A stretch of DNA of 63,883 bases from Candidatus Enterousia sp. (GTDB lineage Bacteria > Pseudomonadota > Alphaproteobacteria > Rs-D84), in the NCBI GenBank assembly GCA_045586565.1, contig JAZNAO010000023.1, forward strand, positions 1 through 63,883, written 5' to 3'. This document shows, piece after piece, positions 33,748-42,753 of the stretch (the stretch's first letter is position 1; the number at the start of each line of letters is the position of its first letter). A program made the translations under genes and the position numbers. Under the pieces are notes generated by a model. That model was not told the origin of the DNA and did not search any database. It saw only the letters and a list, made by a program, of their open reading frames with translations.

Positions 33748-34839
33748 TTATGCGGCGTTTTGACGTGCCTGGTTTATTGTAAAGATTGTTACCTGACGGC
33801 GAATCTGCATTTGTGCATGTGCACGCTGAATCGCAACGCGGTTTTCTGCGCATGCAAACGCATTGGCGCGTTCTGTTACCGTTGGCGCAACGTATGGTTT
33901 TTGTGCAGGTGCAACAGGCGCCACATTGCGACTGGGCGATTTAACGTCATTGACAGAAACATTTGGTGCAACATACGGTTTTTGGACCGGCGCAACTTGT
34001 TTTGCGACCATGGGTTCTTGTTTAACCATGGGTTGGGCAATTTGTGGTTGCTTTACCGGGACTGCGGGTGCCATAACGGGCTTTTCCATGGCCGGTTTTG
34101 CGTTTGCAACACGTTCTGAAACCGGTGTTGCGACGATGTTTTGTTTTGCGATTGGCTTTGCTGGACGCGCGTGGGCCGGTTCGGTCATCTGGGCCACCGC
34201 CTGTTGTGGTTGCGCGGTTGCAGGTGCCACTGATTTTTGTGGTTGTGGATGGGCGACCATTTGTGTTGCCGTTTGTTGTGGGGTGGGCGTCGCCATTTGC
34301 GTCGCCGGTGTTTGTGCCGTCTGTTGTGGGGCAGGAGTTTTTGATGTCTGGGCTTTTTCTTGCGACTGCGTCTGTTCGACAATCATTTCGTTTTCACGTT
34401 CGTTATAACGGCGCAGTATTTCCATAATTTTATCTGTCGCATCATTTATCATACGCATTGCATGTGCGCGCATCTTTTTTAAGTCTGTGTCCGATTCAAC
34501 CGTCTTGGTATCGCGTTCTGGGTGCGTCATAATTGTTTTTGACCAATGTTTTTTATATGCCGCATGCACGTTTTCTATATATTTTACAGCCATGTTATTC
34601 GGTGTCAGTTTCTTTTTGGCAATCATAATAATTGCACCATTTAAACTGATTGCGTTTTGCCATGCGCGTCCCCATGGATATTTTTTTGACCACTTTGCCA
34701 ATGCGAATCCGGCAAATAATTTTCGATATTGCTCGATTAGTTCCATGCGGATTTTTTTATCAACGCGTTTTGATATTTGTGGCGTCAGTGCAATAACCAC
34801 TTTTTCGTTGGTTTGTGCGGTTTTTAACTGATTTGTCAT
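33748..34839 (-). CDS. hypothetical protein (363 aa) with Pro/Gln/Ala-rich low-complexity centre
   Basis: The N-terminal domain is paralogous to 33187..33732. The central region is rich in PQ/PA/PV, with a repeated QKPYVAP(N/T)V. Confidence 0.55.
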   Translation of the reverse strand: MTNQLKTAQTNEKVVIALTPQISKRVDKKIRMELIEQYRKLFAGFALAKWSKKYPWGRAWQNAISLNGAIIMIAKKKLTPNNMAVKYIENVHAAYKKHWSKTIMTHPERDTKTVESDTDLKKMRAHAMRMINDATDKIMEILRRYNERENEMIVEQTQSQEKAQTSKTPAPQQTAQTPATQMATPTPQQTATQMVAHPQPQKSVAPATAQPQQAVAQMTEPAHARPAKPIAKQNIVATPVSERVANAKPAMEKPVMAPAVPVKQPQIAQPMVKQEPMVAKQVAPVQKPYVAPNVSVNDVKSPSRNVAPVAPAQKPYVAPTVTERANAFACAENRVAIQRAHAQMQIRRQVTIFTINQARQNAA

Positions 34840-34951
34840 ATCGAACTCCTTTGGTTAAAATCGAAGTTCTGTGGTCCCCCACAGCAAATATATATAGGTG
34901 TGATTTCGGATATGTCAACCCCTGTCAAGAAAAAAATGTTTTTGACACGAC

Positions 34952-35058
34952 CCCCATTATGGTGCAACAATGAATATGTTCTTATCGTAACAACATGCTG
35001 TTGCCAATAATGGGCGGTATGGGTAAGAACCCGCATCTTGCCAATAATGGGGGTGTGG
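34952..35058 (+). promoter_or_regulatory. repeated 14-bp motif upstream of the porin gene
   Basis: ttgccaataatggg occurs at 35001 and 35038 as an exact direct repeat, 37 bp apart. A degenerate inverted copy (cccattatggtgcaa) lies at 34953. Confidence 0.5.
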
Positions 35059-35085
35059 AATTCATCGAAACCAAGGAGTTAAAAG

Positions 35086-36096
35086 ATGAAAAAAACTTTT
35101 AGTGCAGCGGTCGCATTGTCCGTTTTGTCGGCACCTGCGATGGCGGCCAACCTGGAAAACCCACTGTATATGCCAAAACAGGGTGCAGTGTATTCCAAAA
35201 CATCTGCGGGTGTTATGTACAAAATCGCAGATGATTCGAACGCACATCAGAAAAAAAATCATGATGGCGCAACAGAATTCCCAATCTGGCGTGTTCACGA
35301 AGAATTGGGCTATGGTATCTTGGACAACCTGGAAGCGTATGCGAAATTCGGTTATACGCATGACGGGGATATCGACCGCAAGGGTATGCACCTGGGTCGT
35401 ACCGGTTTGAAATATCGTGCCTTTGAATCGACAGATGGCTTTGTTTGGGATGTTTATGCAGACGCACAATTGGGCGGTATCAGCGAAATGTCTGGTTCAT
35501 ATGGGGTTGACGGATTCACATATGACAATTATTCAAATGGTCGTTGGGGCTTTCATGTTGGAACCCAGGTCGGCAAAACATGGTCCAAATTAAGCGTTGC
35601 CGGATTTGCAGAAGTTCTGCGTACATTTGGTAACGACAACAATAATATTGATATTTCTGAATTCAAGACAGCGATGGGATTGCCAGCACAGTTTGGTATT
35701 CCAGATGAAATTTCTGTTGATTTGAAATCTGCAACAGAAGTTAACGCAGGTTTGAAAGCGTTTTACCAGTTGGATGACCGCTGGTCATTTGGTGCAGGAT
35801 TTACATTCAAACATCATTCTGATAATGGTGTAGAAGGTTTGGCATCAGATGTTAACCCAGCCCCAGGATTCGAAGCATATGCAGCAGGGGTTGTTCAGCA
35901 ATTAGAAGCAATGGTCGAAGATATGGAAGACGGATTCGATGAATATATCGTGTCTTTGTCTGCGGCATATCAGATGACTGATGCGATGCAGGTTGCTGTA
36001 TACGGTGAATATACATTCGATGAATCACACGCAAATTCGCAAAACGGTACAGACGTCAAGGCTGAATTGGGTGTTCGTTTAAATGTTCAGTTCTAA
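35086..36096 (+). CDS. outer membrane beta-barrel protein (porin-like)
   Basis: Signal peptide ...SAPAMA, alternating beta-strand pattern, C-terminal ...VRLNVQF beta-signal. AAGGAG RBS. Confidence 0.75.
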   Translation: MKKTFSAAVALSVLSAPAMAANLENPLYMPKQGAVYSKTSAGVMYKIADDSNAHQKKNHDGATEFPIWRVHEELGYGILDNLEAYAKFGYTHDGDIDRKGMHLGRTGLKYRAFESTDGFVWDVYADAQLGGISEMSGSYGVDGFTYDNYSNGRWGFHVGTQVGKTWSKLSVAGFAEVLRTFGNDNNNIDISEFKTAMGLPAQFGIPDEISVDLKSATEVNAGLKAFYQLDDRWSFGAGFTFKHHSDNGVEGLASDVNPAPGFEAYAAGVVQQLEAMVEDMEDGFDEYIVSLSAAYQMTDAMQVAVYGEYTFDESHANSQNGTDVKAELGVRLNVQF

Positions 36097-36286
36097 AACA
36101 GAACAAAAATAAAAAAACTAACATATATTGGACAAAATCCCGCATCCCGCGGGATTTTTTATCGATATTCTGGCGATGAATTAAAAATTCATTGTGATAT
36201 AAAATATTTTTATATGGATTGTTTACAAATACTTGCGCAGGGGGGTGGTTTTGTGATATAATAAGCCCAAAGGAATATTGAAAGGA

Positions 36287-37393
36287 ATGAAAAAGTTCAG
36301 CGTTTCTGCCGTGTTGACCGGTGTTTTGTTGGGACTGCCTGGGGCGGTCGTTGCAGCATATCCTGTATACCCGGGATATCAGATGCCTGCAAACAATGGT
36401 CAATCAGTGTATTTGCCGTCGACGAACAGTCGCGTTGTTTCTACGACAAATGGATATACTGGGTACAATATGCCGTATAATTCTGTTGCCGCGGCCCAGC
36501 CAACACGTGTAACAGGTGCATTGCCACGCGTGGGATCTGCCCAGACAACTGCGGGACGTCAGTATTATCAACCGGCTGATTACGATCGATTGGCGGACAG
36601 CGGCTTGTATGTTGGATTATCTGTTGGGTATACTGCGTCTGTGATTGGTTCTATCGGCGCGGACTATATTGGCGAAGCGGATTCTTATACCGTACCTGGC
36701 GCATTTCGTGATGCTGATTTTGATTCTGATTCGGTTATCCCACTGCAGGTTTCTGTTGGGGCGGCGATAAACAATGATATTCGTGTTGATTTTTCGTATT
36801 TGCGTTATTCGAATTTGTCATATCCGCGAACGGTTCAGACGTCTGATGGTGCCGGCGATTACGTTACTGCCCAGGTTGACGGTGGCGCAATTACATCGAA
36901 TACAACTATGTTGAATATCTATTATAATATTGATTCGTTTACTGGATATTTGGCGGGTGGTTCTTTGCGTCCGTATATTGGTGCCGGCGTTGGTATTTCA
37001 TTGAATACGATTGCCGATTATGTTGTGTATGACAATACGTTCTATTCTGTTATGGATCCACAATATGCCGGTGCGGGACAGTTGACCGGTGTGTCTGATA
37101 TTTATGCGTATCATAATGGTGGAACCACGGAACAATTGGCATTCATGCTGGAAGGTGGTTTAACAACCGAAATGGAAGGCGGGATAAAGTTAGACTTTTT
37201 TGTTCGCTATGCCAATCTGGGCAAGGTTAAAACATCAGGCAGTATCGTTTTATCCCAGGTTGAATGGCTGGGGGATGGTGCCGGCCTTGAATACGAAGCA
37301 CCTTATGACAGTGTTTTCCACTATACAAATTGGTACGAAAGCGGCCGATTGGGAATGGTTGACTTAGGTATTCGGTTAAGGTTACAGTTCTAA
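36287..37393 (+). CDS. outer membrane beta-barrel protein
   Basis: Signal peptide MKKFSVSAVLTGVLLGLPGAVVA and C-terminal GIRLRLQF beta-signal. The start could instead be the TTG at 36278. Confidence 0.72.
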   Translation: MKKFSVSAVLTGVLLGLPGAVVAAYPVYPGYQMPANNGQSVYLPSTNSRVVSTTNGYTGYNMPYNSVAAAQPTRVTGALPRVGSAQTTAGRQYYQPADYDRLADSGLYVGLSVGYTASVIGSIGADYIGEADSYTVPGAFRDADFDSDSVIPLQVSVGAAINNDIRVDFSYLRYSNLSYPRTVQTSDGAGDYVTAQVDGGAITSNTTMLNIYYNIDSFTGYLAGGSLRPYIGAGVGISLNTIADYVVYDNTFYSVMDPQYAGAGQLTGVSDIYAYHNGGTTEQLAFMLEGGLTTEMEGGIKLDFFVRYANLGKVKTSGSIVLSQVEWLGDGAGLEYEAPYDSVFHYTNWYESGRLGMVDLGIRLRLQF

Positions 37394-37451
37394 CATATTT
37401 GTCGGGCCGATGTCCGGCATTATGCGTTGTTCATACGTGCATGGGGGGATT

Positions 37452-39116
37452 ATGAAACGCAATAATTCAAAGTTTTATTATACGTTGATTGCAACACTGT
37501 GTGTTGTTCCGTCTGTATCATATTCTGCGGTTCGTGTTACCAATATTTCGCGAAATAATAAATCTGCAGGTTATCAGCAGGTGAATGCGGCGCGCTATCC
37601 AGATACATCTGCTGTTCAGTCTGTATCATCTGGGGTGTCGGCGGCCGCCGCCACACCAAATGGTGTTGTTTCTACGACGCCTGTTGTGCCAAATGTTTCA
37701 AATACCCCGGCAGATTTGACGTCAATGGAACGTTGCGAATCAATATATCCAAATGGTGAATTTGCATGGGCATATCCGACGGCAGGACGTGGTATTGGTG
37801 GGGCACCAACATGTACTGCGGTGGTAAAATTGTTGGCATTGGGTGCGGCTGATAATGGCGGCGATGTAGTTGTGGCAACTGTCAATTTGGCGGCTGGGGA
37901 TTCTATGCGCTGTAACATAGAAGATTTTCCAGAATCAACCCATTCAAATATCAACCTTGAAATTTCTGTTCCTGCGGATAACGAACCTACAATGGACGAT
38001 GTTATCAAGACCATGAACCAAGAACAAAAACAAAACGCGGCAATAAAGATTGTCAGTACTGCTGTTGTTGGTGCACTGGGGGGGAATATTGCGGGTGACA
38101 ATGCCCCAGGTTCTGATTCAATGTTGGGTGGTGGCAAGGACAAGATTCAAAGTACTGTTATCGGGGCGCTGGGTGGCGCGGCATTGGGCGTTGGAAATGT
38201 TTATGGTGGCAAGGTTGCCGGTGATATGATTTTGTCTGCGGGCGTAAATGCGGCAGCAGGCAGTGTTGTTGGAAACATTGCAGCATCAGGTAATTCTGTA
38301 TTACGTATCGAAAATTGCGCAACCGCAGATGGCACAGAAACTACATGTTTATGGGGAAAGTATGAAAAAACAGAACCATTGACGGATAAAAAAACATACG
38401 TGAATAAAACAAAATCCAGTTTTATGGTATGTGATAAAGACAGTAAAAATTGTGAATCTGCCAATTTAACAAATGTAAAAATTGCAAATTATAACCCTAC
38501 AACAAAAAATGGTAAAACAATCACACCAACGTTTGAAGATATGGTGCGTGAAAGTTTTGGGGGATATGATGGCACCGTATATACTTTGAAAGACAGCATA
38601 ATGAGCGCGGGCAGCCAAAACGACGAAGAGTTATGGATACCTATAGATTCGGCCAGCAAAGTAATAGAATCTACGCCCGCATTGATTGTCGAAGTCCATG
38701 ACAAATCATTTGGTTGGAAAACATCAGACTGGGGCGAATTAAAGAAACAGTTAGGTTCTTCCCGTCCTGTTTATCGTCGCACAGGTAATGGGGTTGTTGG
38801 ATCTGTGATTGAAGGCGCCACGATAGATGATTTTAAACCGCTGGATTTGTCGGCGTCTGATGGTGATATGATTGATTTAGATAGCAAGGCCAGATTAAAA
38901 GGCACATTGACCGGTGCCGGTGTCGGTGGTGCGATGGGTGCGTTTACCGCATACCAAGGCGCCCAAAGCGAAATCGAGCAACGTTGGGTTGCCGCAGTTC
39001 GCGAATACAAAGATTCACTACAAAAGGTTGTGTGTATGACAGGTAATCGTTTCTTGTCACAGTATAATGATACAGTTGCGATTCCACCAATGCCAGAACC
39101 TGTGGTATCCGAATAA
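37452..39116 (+). CDS. large secreted/surface protein with glycine-zipper-like segment
   Basis: GGGGGG RBS and a signal peptide. The central VGALGGNIAGD...VIGALGGAALGVGNVYGGKVAGDMILSAGVNAAAGSVVGNIAASG is Gly/Ala-rich. No family recognised. Confidence 0.6.
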   Translation: MKRNNSKFYYTLIATLCVVPSVSYSAVRVTNISRNNKSAGYQQVNAARYPDTSAVQSVSSGVSAAAATPNGVVSTTPVVPNVSNTPADLTSMERCESIYPNGEFAWAYPTAGRGIGGAPTCTAVVKLLALGAADNGGDVVVATVNLAAGDSMRCNIEDFPESTHSNINLEISVPADNEPTMDDVIKTMNQEQKQNAAIKIVSTAVVGALGGNIAGDNAPGSDSMLGGGKDKIQSTVIGALGGAALGVGNVYGGKVAGDMILSAGVNAAAGSVVGNIAASGNSVLRIENCATADGTETTCLWGKYEKTEPLTDKKTYVNKTKSSFMVCDKDSKNCESANLTNVKIANYNPTTKNGKTITPTFEDMVRESFGGYDGTVYTLKDSIMSAGSQNDEELWIPIDSASKVIESTPALIVEVHDKSFGWKTSDWGELKKQLGSSRPVYRRTGNGVVGSVIEGATIDDFKPLDLSASDGDMIDLDSKARLKGTLTGAGVGGAMGAFTAYQGAQSEIEQRWVAAVREYKDSLQKVVCMTGNRFLSQYNDTVAIPPMPEPVVSE

Positions 39117-39445
39117 TAATCCCCAAATTTGGGGATTATTTTTTATGGTGGATGCGCGGGATTGTATATTCCCATATGCGCTTGCGCTATATGGGCCACC
39201 TTTCGATATATATATATGCTTCAAACATTGTTTGCACTTGTTTTCACCAACTGACGCCCCGAACCCTGGGGGTTCTCATCCGACCATCGCAACATAAAAA
39301 CAAAACGTCCAAAATGGACGTTTATTTTTTATGGCGGATTTGTAATAAATGACGGTATTAGATATCTGTTGTGTATGGATTGTATACAAATATATTGCCC
39401 AAATAAAGTTTTTTTATAATAATCAAATGAACTAAAGGTGCTTTC

Positions 39446-40042
39446 ATGATAAAATATTTTTCAAAAGATTTACGCTCTGCAAGATTAGTGTTAAAACATT
39501 TAGAACCTAATATACAAAATGCAAAAATCATATTTGCTGCGTTAAAAAATGAAAATCCACAAGATTACAAATATGAACCTTTGATGAAAACTCCAAAAAT
39601 ACTGCCAACATCTGTCTCTGATACCTTGAAAATGATGCAATATCATGCAGAAAGCGAAAAAAACGATGCATGTATATTTTATATATTTCATAATAGTCAG
39701 TTCATCGGCGTCCGAAAAATATCTTTTTATAAAGAGAACCTATCATTAAAATTAAACACCGTATGGTTGCTATCAAATGCTCGTGGTCATGGTTTTGCCG
39801 CAGAATCATACCGCGCTATAGAAGAAATCGCATTTAATAAACTAAAGGTTAATAAAATCATGCGTGTAAATATTGTAGAAAATAAAGATTCTGCAAAGCT
39901 GGCTGAACAAACTGGTTTTATTTTAGATGGCGTTTCTAGACAGGCAGTTTATATGAACAAAAAATTTTATGATTTAATGACATGGTCAAAACTATATTCA
40001 GATTATTTGAAAGAACACAAAAACTACCAAAAACGGGCATAA
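39446..40042 (+). CDS. GNAT family N-acetyltransferase
   Basis: RGHGFAAESYRAIEEIAF (Q/RxxGxG/A-like acetyl-CoA motif), with RimJ/L-like length and layout. Confidence 0.7.
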   Translation: MIKYFSKDLRSARLVLKHLEPNIQNAKIIFAALKNENPQDYKYEPLMKTPKILPTSVSDTLKMMQYHAESEKNDACIFYIFHNSQFIGVRKISFYKENLSLKLNTVWLLSNARGHGFAAESYRAIEEIAFNKLKVNKIMRVNIVENKDSAKLAEQTGFILDGVSRQAVYMNKKFYDLMTWSKLYSDYLKEHKNYQKRA

Positions 40043-40190
40043 CATTTTTTGGCAAGTTATATAGTTGCAGTGGTGTTGGGCGGATTTTGCGCGGACGGTG
40101 ATATACACAGGTAATGTCGCCCACAAAAACCGCCGGAAACTGGGCGAAAAAGAACATCCCGTGGGATTGCTACGGGATGTTCAATATTAC

Positions 40191-40280
40191 TGGCGGATGG
40201 TGAGGGATTCGAACCCCCGGTGGAGTTGCCCCCACAACGGTTTTCAAGACCGCCGCATTCGACCGCTCTGCCAACCATCC
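40191..40280 (-). tRNA. tRNA-Ser (anticodon UGA)
   Basis: Reverse complement is GGATGGTTGGCAGAGCGGTCGAATGC...CTTGAAA...with a long variable arm GTGGGGGCAACTCCAC, T loop TTCGAAT and ACCATCC-G-CCA. A terminator hairpin lies at 40153..40181. Confidence 0.92.
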
Positions 40281-40306
40281 GAAACTGTCAACCAGGATAT
40301 TTTACA

Positions 40307-41104
40307 TTATTTTTTACGAAACGCAAATACAAAAATACCTAAACCTGCAAAAAACATTATCGATGACAATAATTGTCCCATGGTCAGCCCCCACGATGTC
40401 AAAAATCCAATCTGGGCATCTGGTGCACGAAACAATTCACAAAACATACGAAACAGTGCATACAGCATTCCCATAATTCCACCCAACGCACCCGGGTGCC
40501 GACGCAGATTTGTGTATTTATACAAACAATACATTATGATAAACAGCAATATTCCTTCGGTGGTGGCTTCGTATAATGGACTGGGGTGGCGCGGAATTGG
40601 CGTGCCCCCATTAAACACGACGGCCCACGGCACGTCTGTGGCGCGTCCCATTACTTCGCGATTGATAAAATTCGCAATTCGCCCAAAGAACAATCCGATT
40701 GGCGCAACAACCGACATAATGTCCAAGACAGACCATGGATTAAATTTTTGTCGCTTTGCAAACCAGAATACGGCGCAAATCACCCCCAGCAATCCGCCAT
40801 GAAAACTCATACCACCGTGCCACAGGGCCAATATTTCCAATGGATGCGAAATAAAGTACCCAAAATCATAGAACAACACATATCCTAATCGACCGCCGAT
40901 TATAACACCCAACACAACCGCCGTCAGTAAATCTTCCAACTGGGGCTGTGATATTTTGATTTGTGATGTTGGTTGCGATACCAGTTTACGAAACATCCAG
41001 TACCCAATGACAAACGCCGCCACGTATGCCAATGCATACCAGCGGACGTCCAAACCAAATACAGAAAATGCGACCGGTGAAATTGGATTGATTACTATTG
41101 CCAT
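40307..41104 (-). CDS. lgt: prolipoprotein diacylglyceryl transferase
   Basis: VRWYALAYV and HGGMSFHGGLLG motifs in a polytopic membrane protein. The Met at 41104 is preferred, although the ORF is open to 41125. Confidence 0.9.
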   Translation of the reverse strand: MAIVINPISPVAFSVFGLDVRWYALAYVAAFVIGYWMFRKLVSQPTSQIKISQPQLEDLLTAVVLGVIIGGRLGYVLFYDFGYFISHPLEILALWHGGMSFHGGLLGVICAVFWFAKRQKFNPWSVLDIMSVVAPIGLFFGRIANFINREVMGRATDVPWAVVFNGGTPIPRHPSPLYEATTEGILLFIIMYCLYKYTNLRRHPGALGGIMGMLYALFRMFCELFRAPDAQIGFLTSWGLTMGQLLSSIMFFAGLGIFVFAFRKK

Positions 41105-41131
41105 ATTCCCCATTCCCCCCAACAATACGGT

Positions 41132-41410
41132 TTAACGAATTCGGGCAAACATATCTTCTAAACGCTTGATACTGACGCCCAGACGTTCTTTGTATGCGCG
41201 TTCTTCCGACGTCAAACTAGGCTTTGCATCCAATACAGCCATACGTGCACGTTTTTCGTCTAATTTATTACGTAAACCGTCCAAACCATTTTGACGTTCG
41301 TTACGACCGTGCAATATCATATCCTGGATTTGCAGTTCTTGTGATCTTGGATTGTTGTATCGTTCTGAAAATGAAGACAGGTTTACGCGTCCACCATTGA
41401 TAAGTTGCAT
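41132..41410 (-). CDS. hypothetical small helical protein (92 aa)
   Basis: Intact ORF tightly coupled between the 41413..41673 gene and lgt. No family recognised. Confidence 0.45.
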   Translation of the reverse strand: MQLINGGRVNLSSFSERYNNPRSQELQIQDMILHGRNERQNGLDGLRNKLDEKRARMAVLDAKPSLTSEERAYKERLGVSIKRLEDMFARIR

Positions 41411-41412
41411 AA

Positions 41413-41673
41413 TTATTTTCCTTTGTTTAACAATTGTTTTTGCGCATAAATTGTGCATTCGCATGCATTTTTTACAGCCTGGCGATATGCGATTTTCTTG
41501 GTGTAGAAATCAATCAAGCTTTCATCATTTGATTTTTTGTACTTTTGTAATTGTTTATCGTCCCTGGCGATATTTTTACTTATTTCGCTGACTCTATTTT
41601 CCAAGAAAGCAATCAATGCCTGTTTTGTAGCCATAATATTTGATGGCGATGTTGTTTCAATATAAAATCCCAT
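41413..41673 (-). CDS. hypothetical small helical protein (86 aa)
   Basis: Intact ORF and the first gene of the apparent small-small-lgt operon. No family recognised. Confidence 0.45.
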   Translation of the reverse strand: MGFYIETTSPSNIMATKQALIAFLENRVSEISKNIARDDKQLQKYKKSNDESLIDFYTKKIAYRQAVKNACECTIYAQKQLLNKGK

Positions 41674-41746
41674 TTTTTATCCTTTTGGTCTTGAAATAGT
41701 ATGCATATTGTATTATATATTTTTCGAATGACAAGGAGAAAAGCAC

Positions 41747-42481
41747 ATGTCGACAAAAAATTTTTCAGTCAAACAAAAAGATAAAAAATCCCAGATTTCT
41801 GGGGAAGGTATGTATTTTAAACGAATTTTTGCCCTGATGTTTGGCGCTGTTGGATTGACTGCGGTGGCGTCATACCTGACAATTTGGGGTGGTGGATTAC
41901 GGTATTTATTTAACCCATATTCAGGTGGCATGTCGGGCCTGTATTACATATTATTGTTTGGTGGATTAGTGTTGTCCATATGGGCCCAGGTTCGTGTGTT
42001 TAGTATGAAACCGACCCGCGCAATGTTGATATTGGCCATATACGCGGCACTGATTGGTATTACCATGACACCACTGATTGCGGTTGCACTGGCGGTGAAT
42101 CCCGGGTCTATATTGATGGCATTTATTGTTGCGGCATTGATGTTTGCATGTATGGCAATGTTCGGATACCAGACGATAAAAAATTTATCTATGATGGGAA
42201 CTTTTCTGTATATGGGTATGATTGGATTGCTGATAATTGGTGTATTATCTTTTATATGGCCGGGTATTATGGGCGGAACATTTGGAACGATAGTATGCTT
42301 TATTGGCGTGTTGGTATTCGCGCTGTTTACCGCATACGATATGCAGAATTTAAAGCGTGCGTATGCTGTTATCGGCGATGATACACAAAAAAATCAGTTG
42401 GCAGTGTTGGGGGCATTGCATTTATATATATCATTTATTGCAATGTTCCAATATTTGTTAAGTTTGTTTAATCGCGATTAA
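41747..42481 (+). CDS. BAX inhibitor-1/YccA family membrane protein
   Basis: Seven TM segments and typical Bax1-I family length and pattern (…FTAYDMQNLK…). Confidence 0.8.
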   Translation: MSTKNFSVKQKDKKSQISGEGMYFKRIFALMFGAVGLTAVASYLTIWGGGLRYLFNPYSGGMSGLYYILLFGGLVLSIWAQVRVFSMKPTRAMLILAIYAALIGITMTPLIAVALAVNPGSILMAFIVAALMFACMAMFGYQTIKNLSMMGTFLYMGMIGLLIIGVLSFIWPGIMGGTFGTIVCFIGVLVFALFTAYDMQNLKRAYAVIGDDTQKNQLAVLGALHLYISFIAMFQYLLSLFNRD

Positions 42482-42501
42482 AAATCCCAAGGAGTAAAAA
42501 A

Positions 42502-42684
42502 ATGACATATAAAATTGATCCAAATAAATGTATTGGATGTCACACATGTATGGGTATGTGCCCAGTAATGGCGATATCGATGGCATCTGATGGCAAATGC
42601 GTTATCGATCCATCAAAGTGCATTTCATGTGGCACATGTGCATCAATATGTCCTGTTGGTGCGATTGCCCCGGATGCAAAATAA
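42502..42684 (+). CDS. 2x[4Fe-4S] ferredoxin (60 aa)
   Basis: CIGCHTCMGMCP and CISCGTCASICP cluster motifs, followed by a terminator at 42689..42712. Confidence 0.88.
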   Translation: MTYKIDPNKCIGCHTCMGMCPVMAISMASDGKCVIDPSKCISCGTCASICPVGAIAPDAK

Positions 42685-42753
42685 AAATCCCGCCGTTTGG
42701 CGGTTTTTTTTCACAGGTAATAAAATTTTATCTTTGTATCTGCCTGTTGCATA

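Noticed and set aside
39147-39260. Possible tRNA, pseudo-tRNA or permuted tmRNA acceptor piece on the minus strand
   Set aside because: The Ala-like acceptor 3' end (…CGCATCCACCA) is present. But there is no T-loop (GGGAATATACAATCCC instead of GTTCGAAT context), no D arm, and no ANDN-type tag ORF nearby. It is kept only as a low-interest structured spacer.
40065-40802. 245-aa + strand ORF
   Set aside because: It runs through tRNA-Ser and antisense to lgt, which has clear Lgt motifs.
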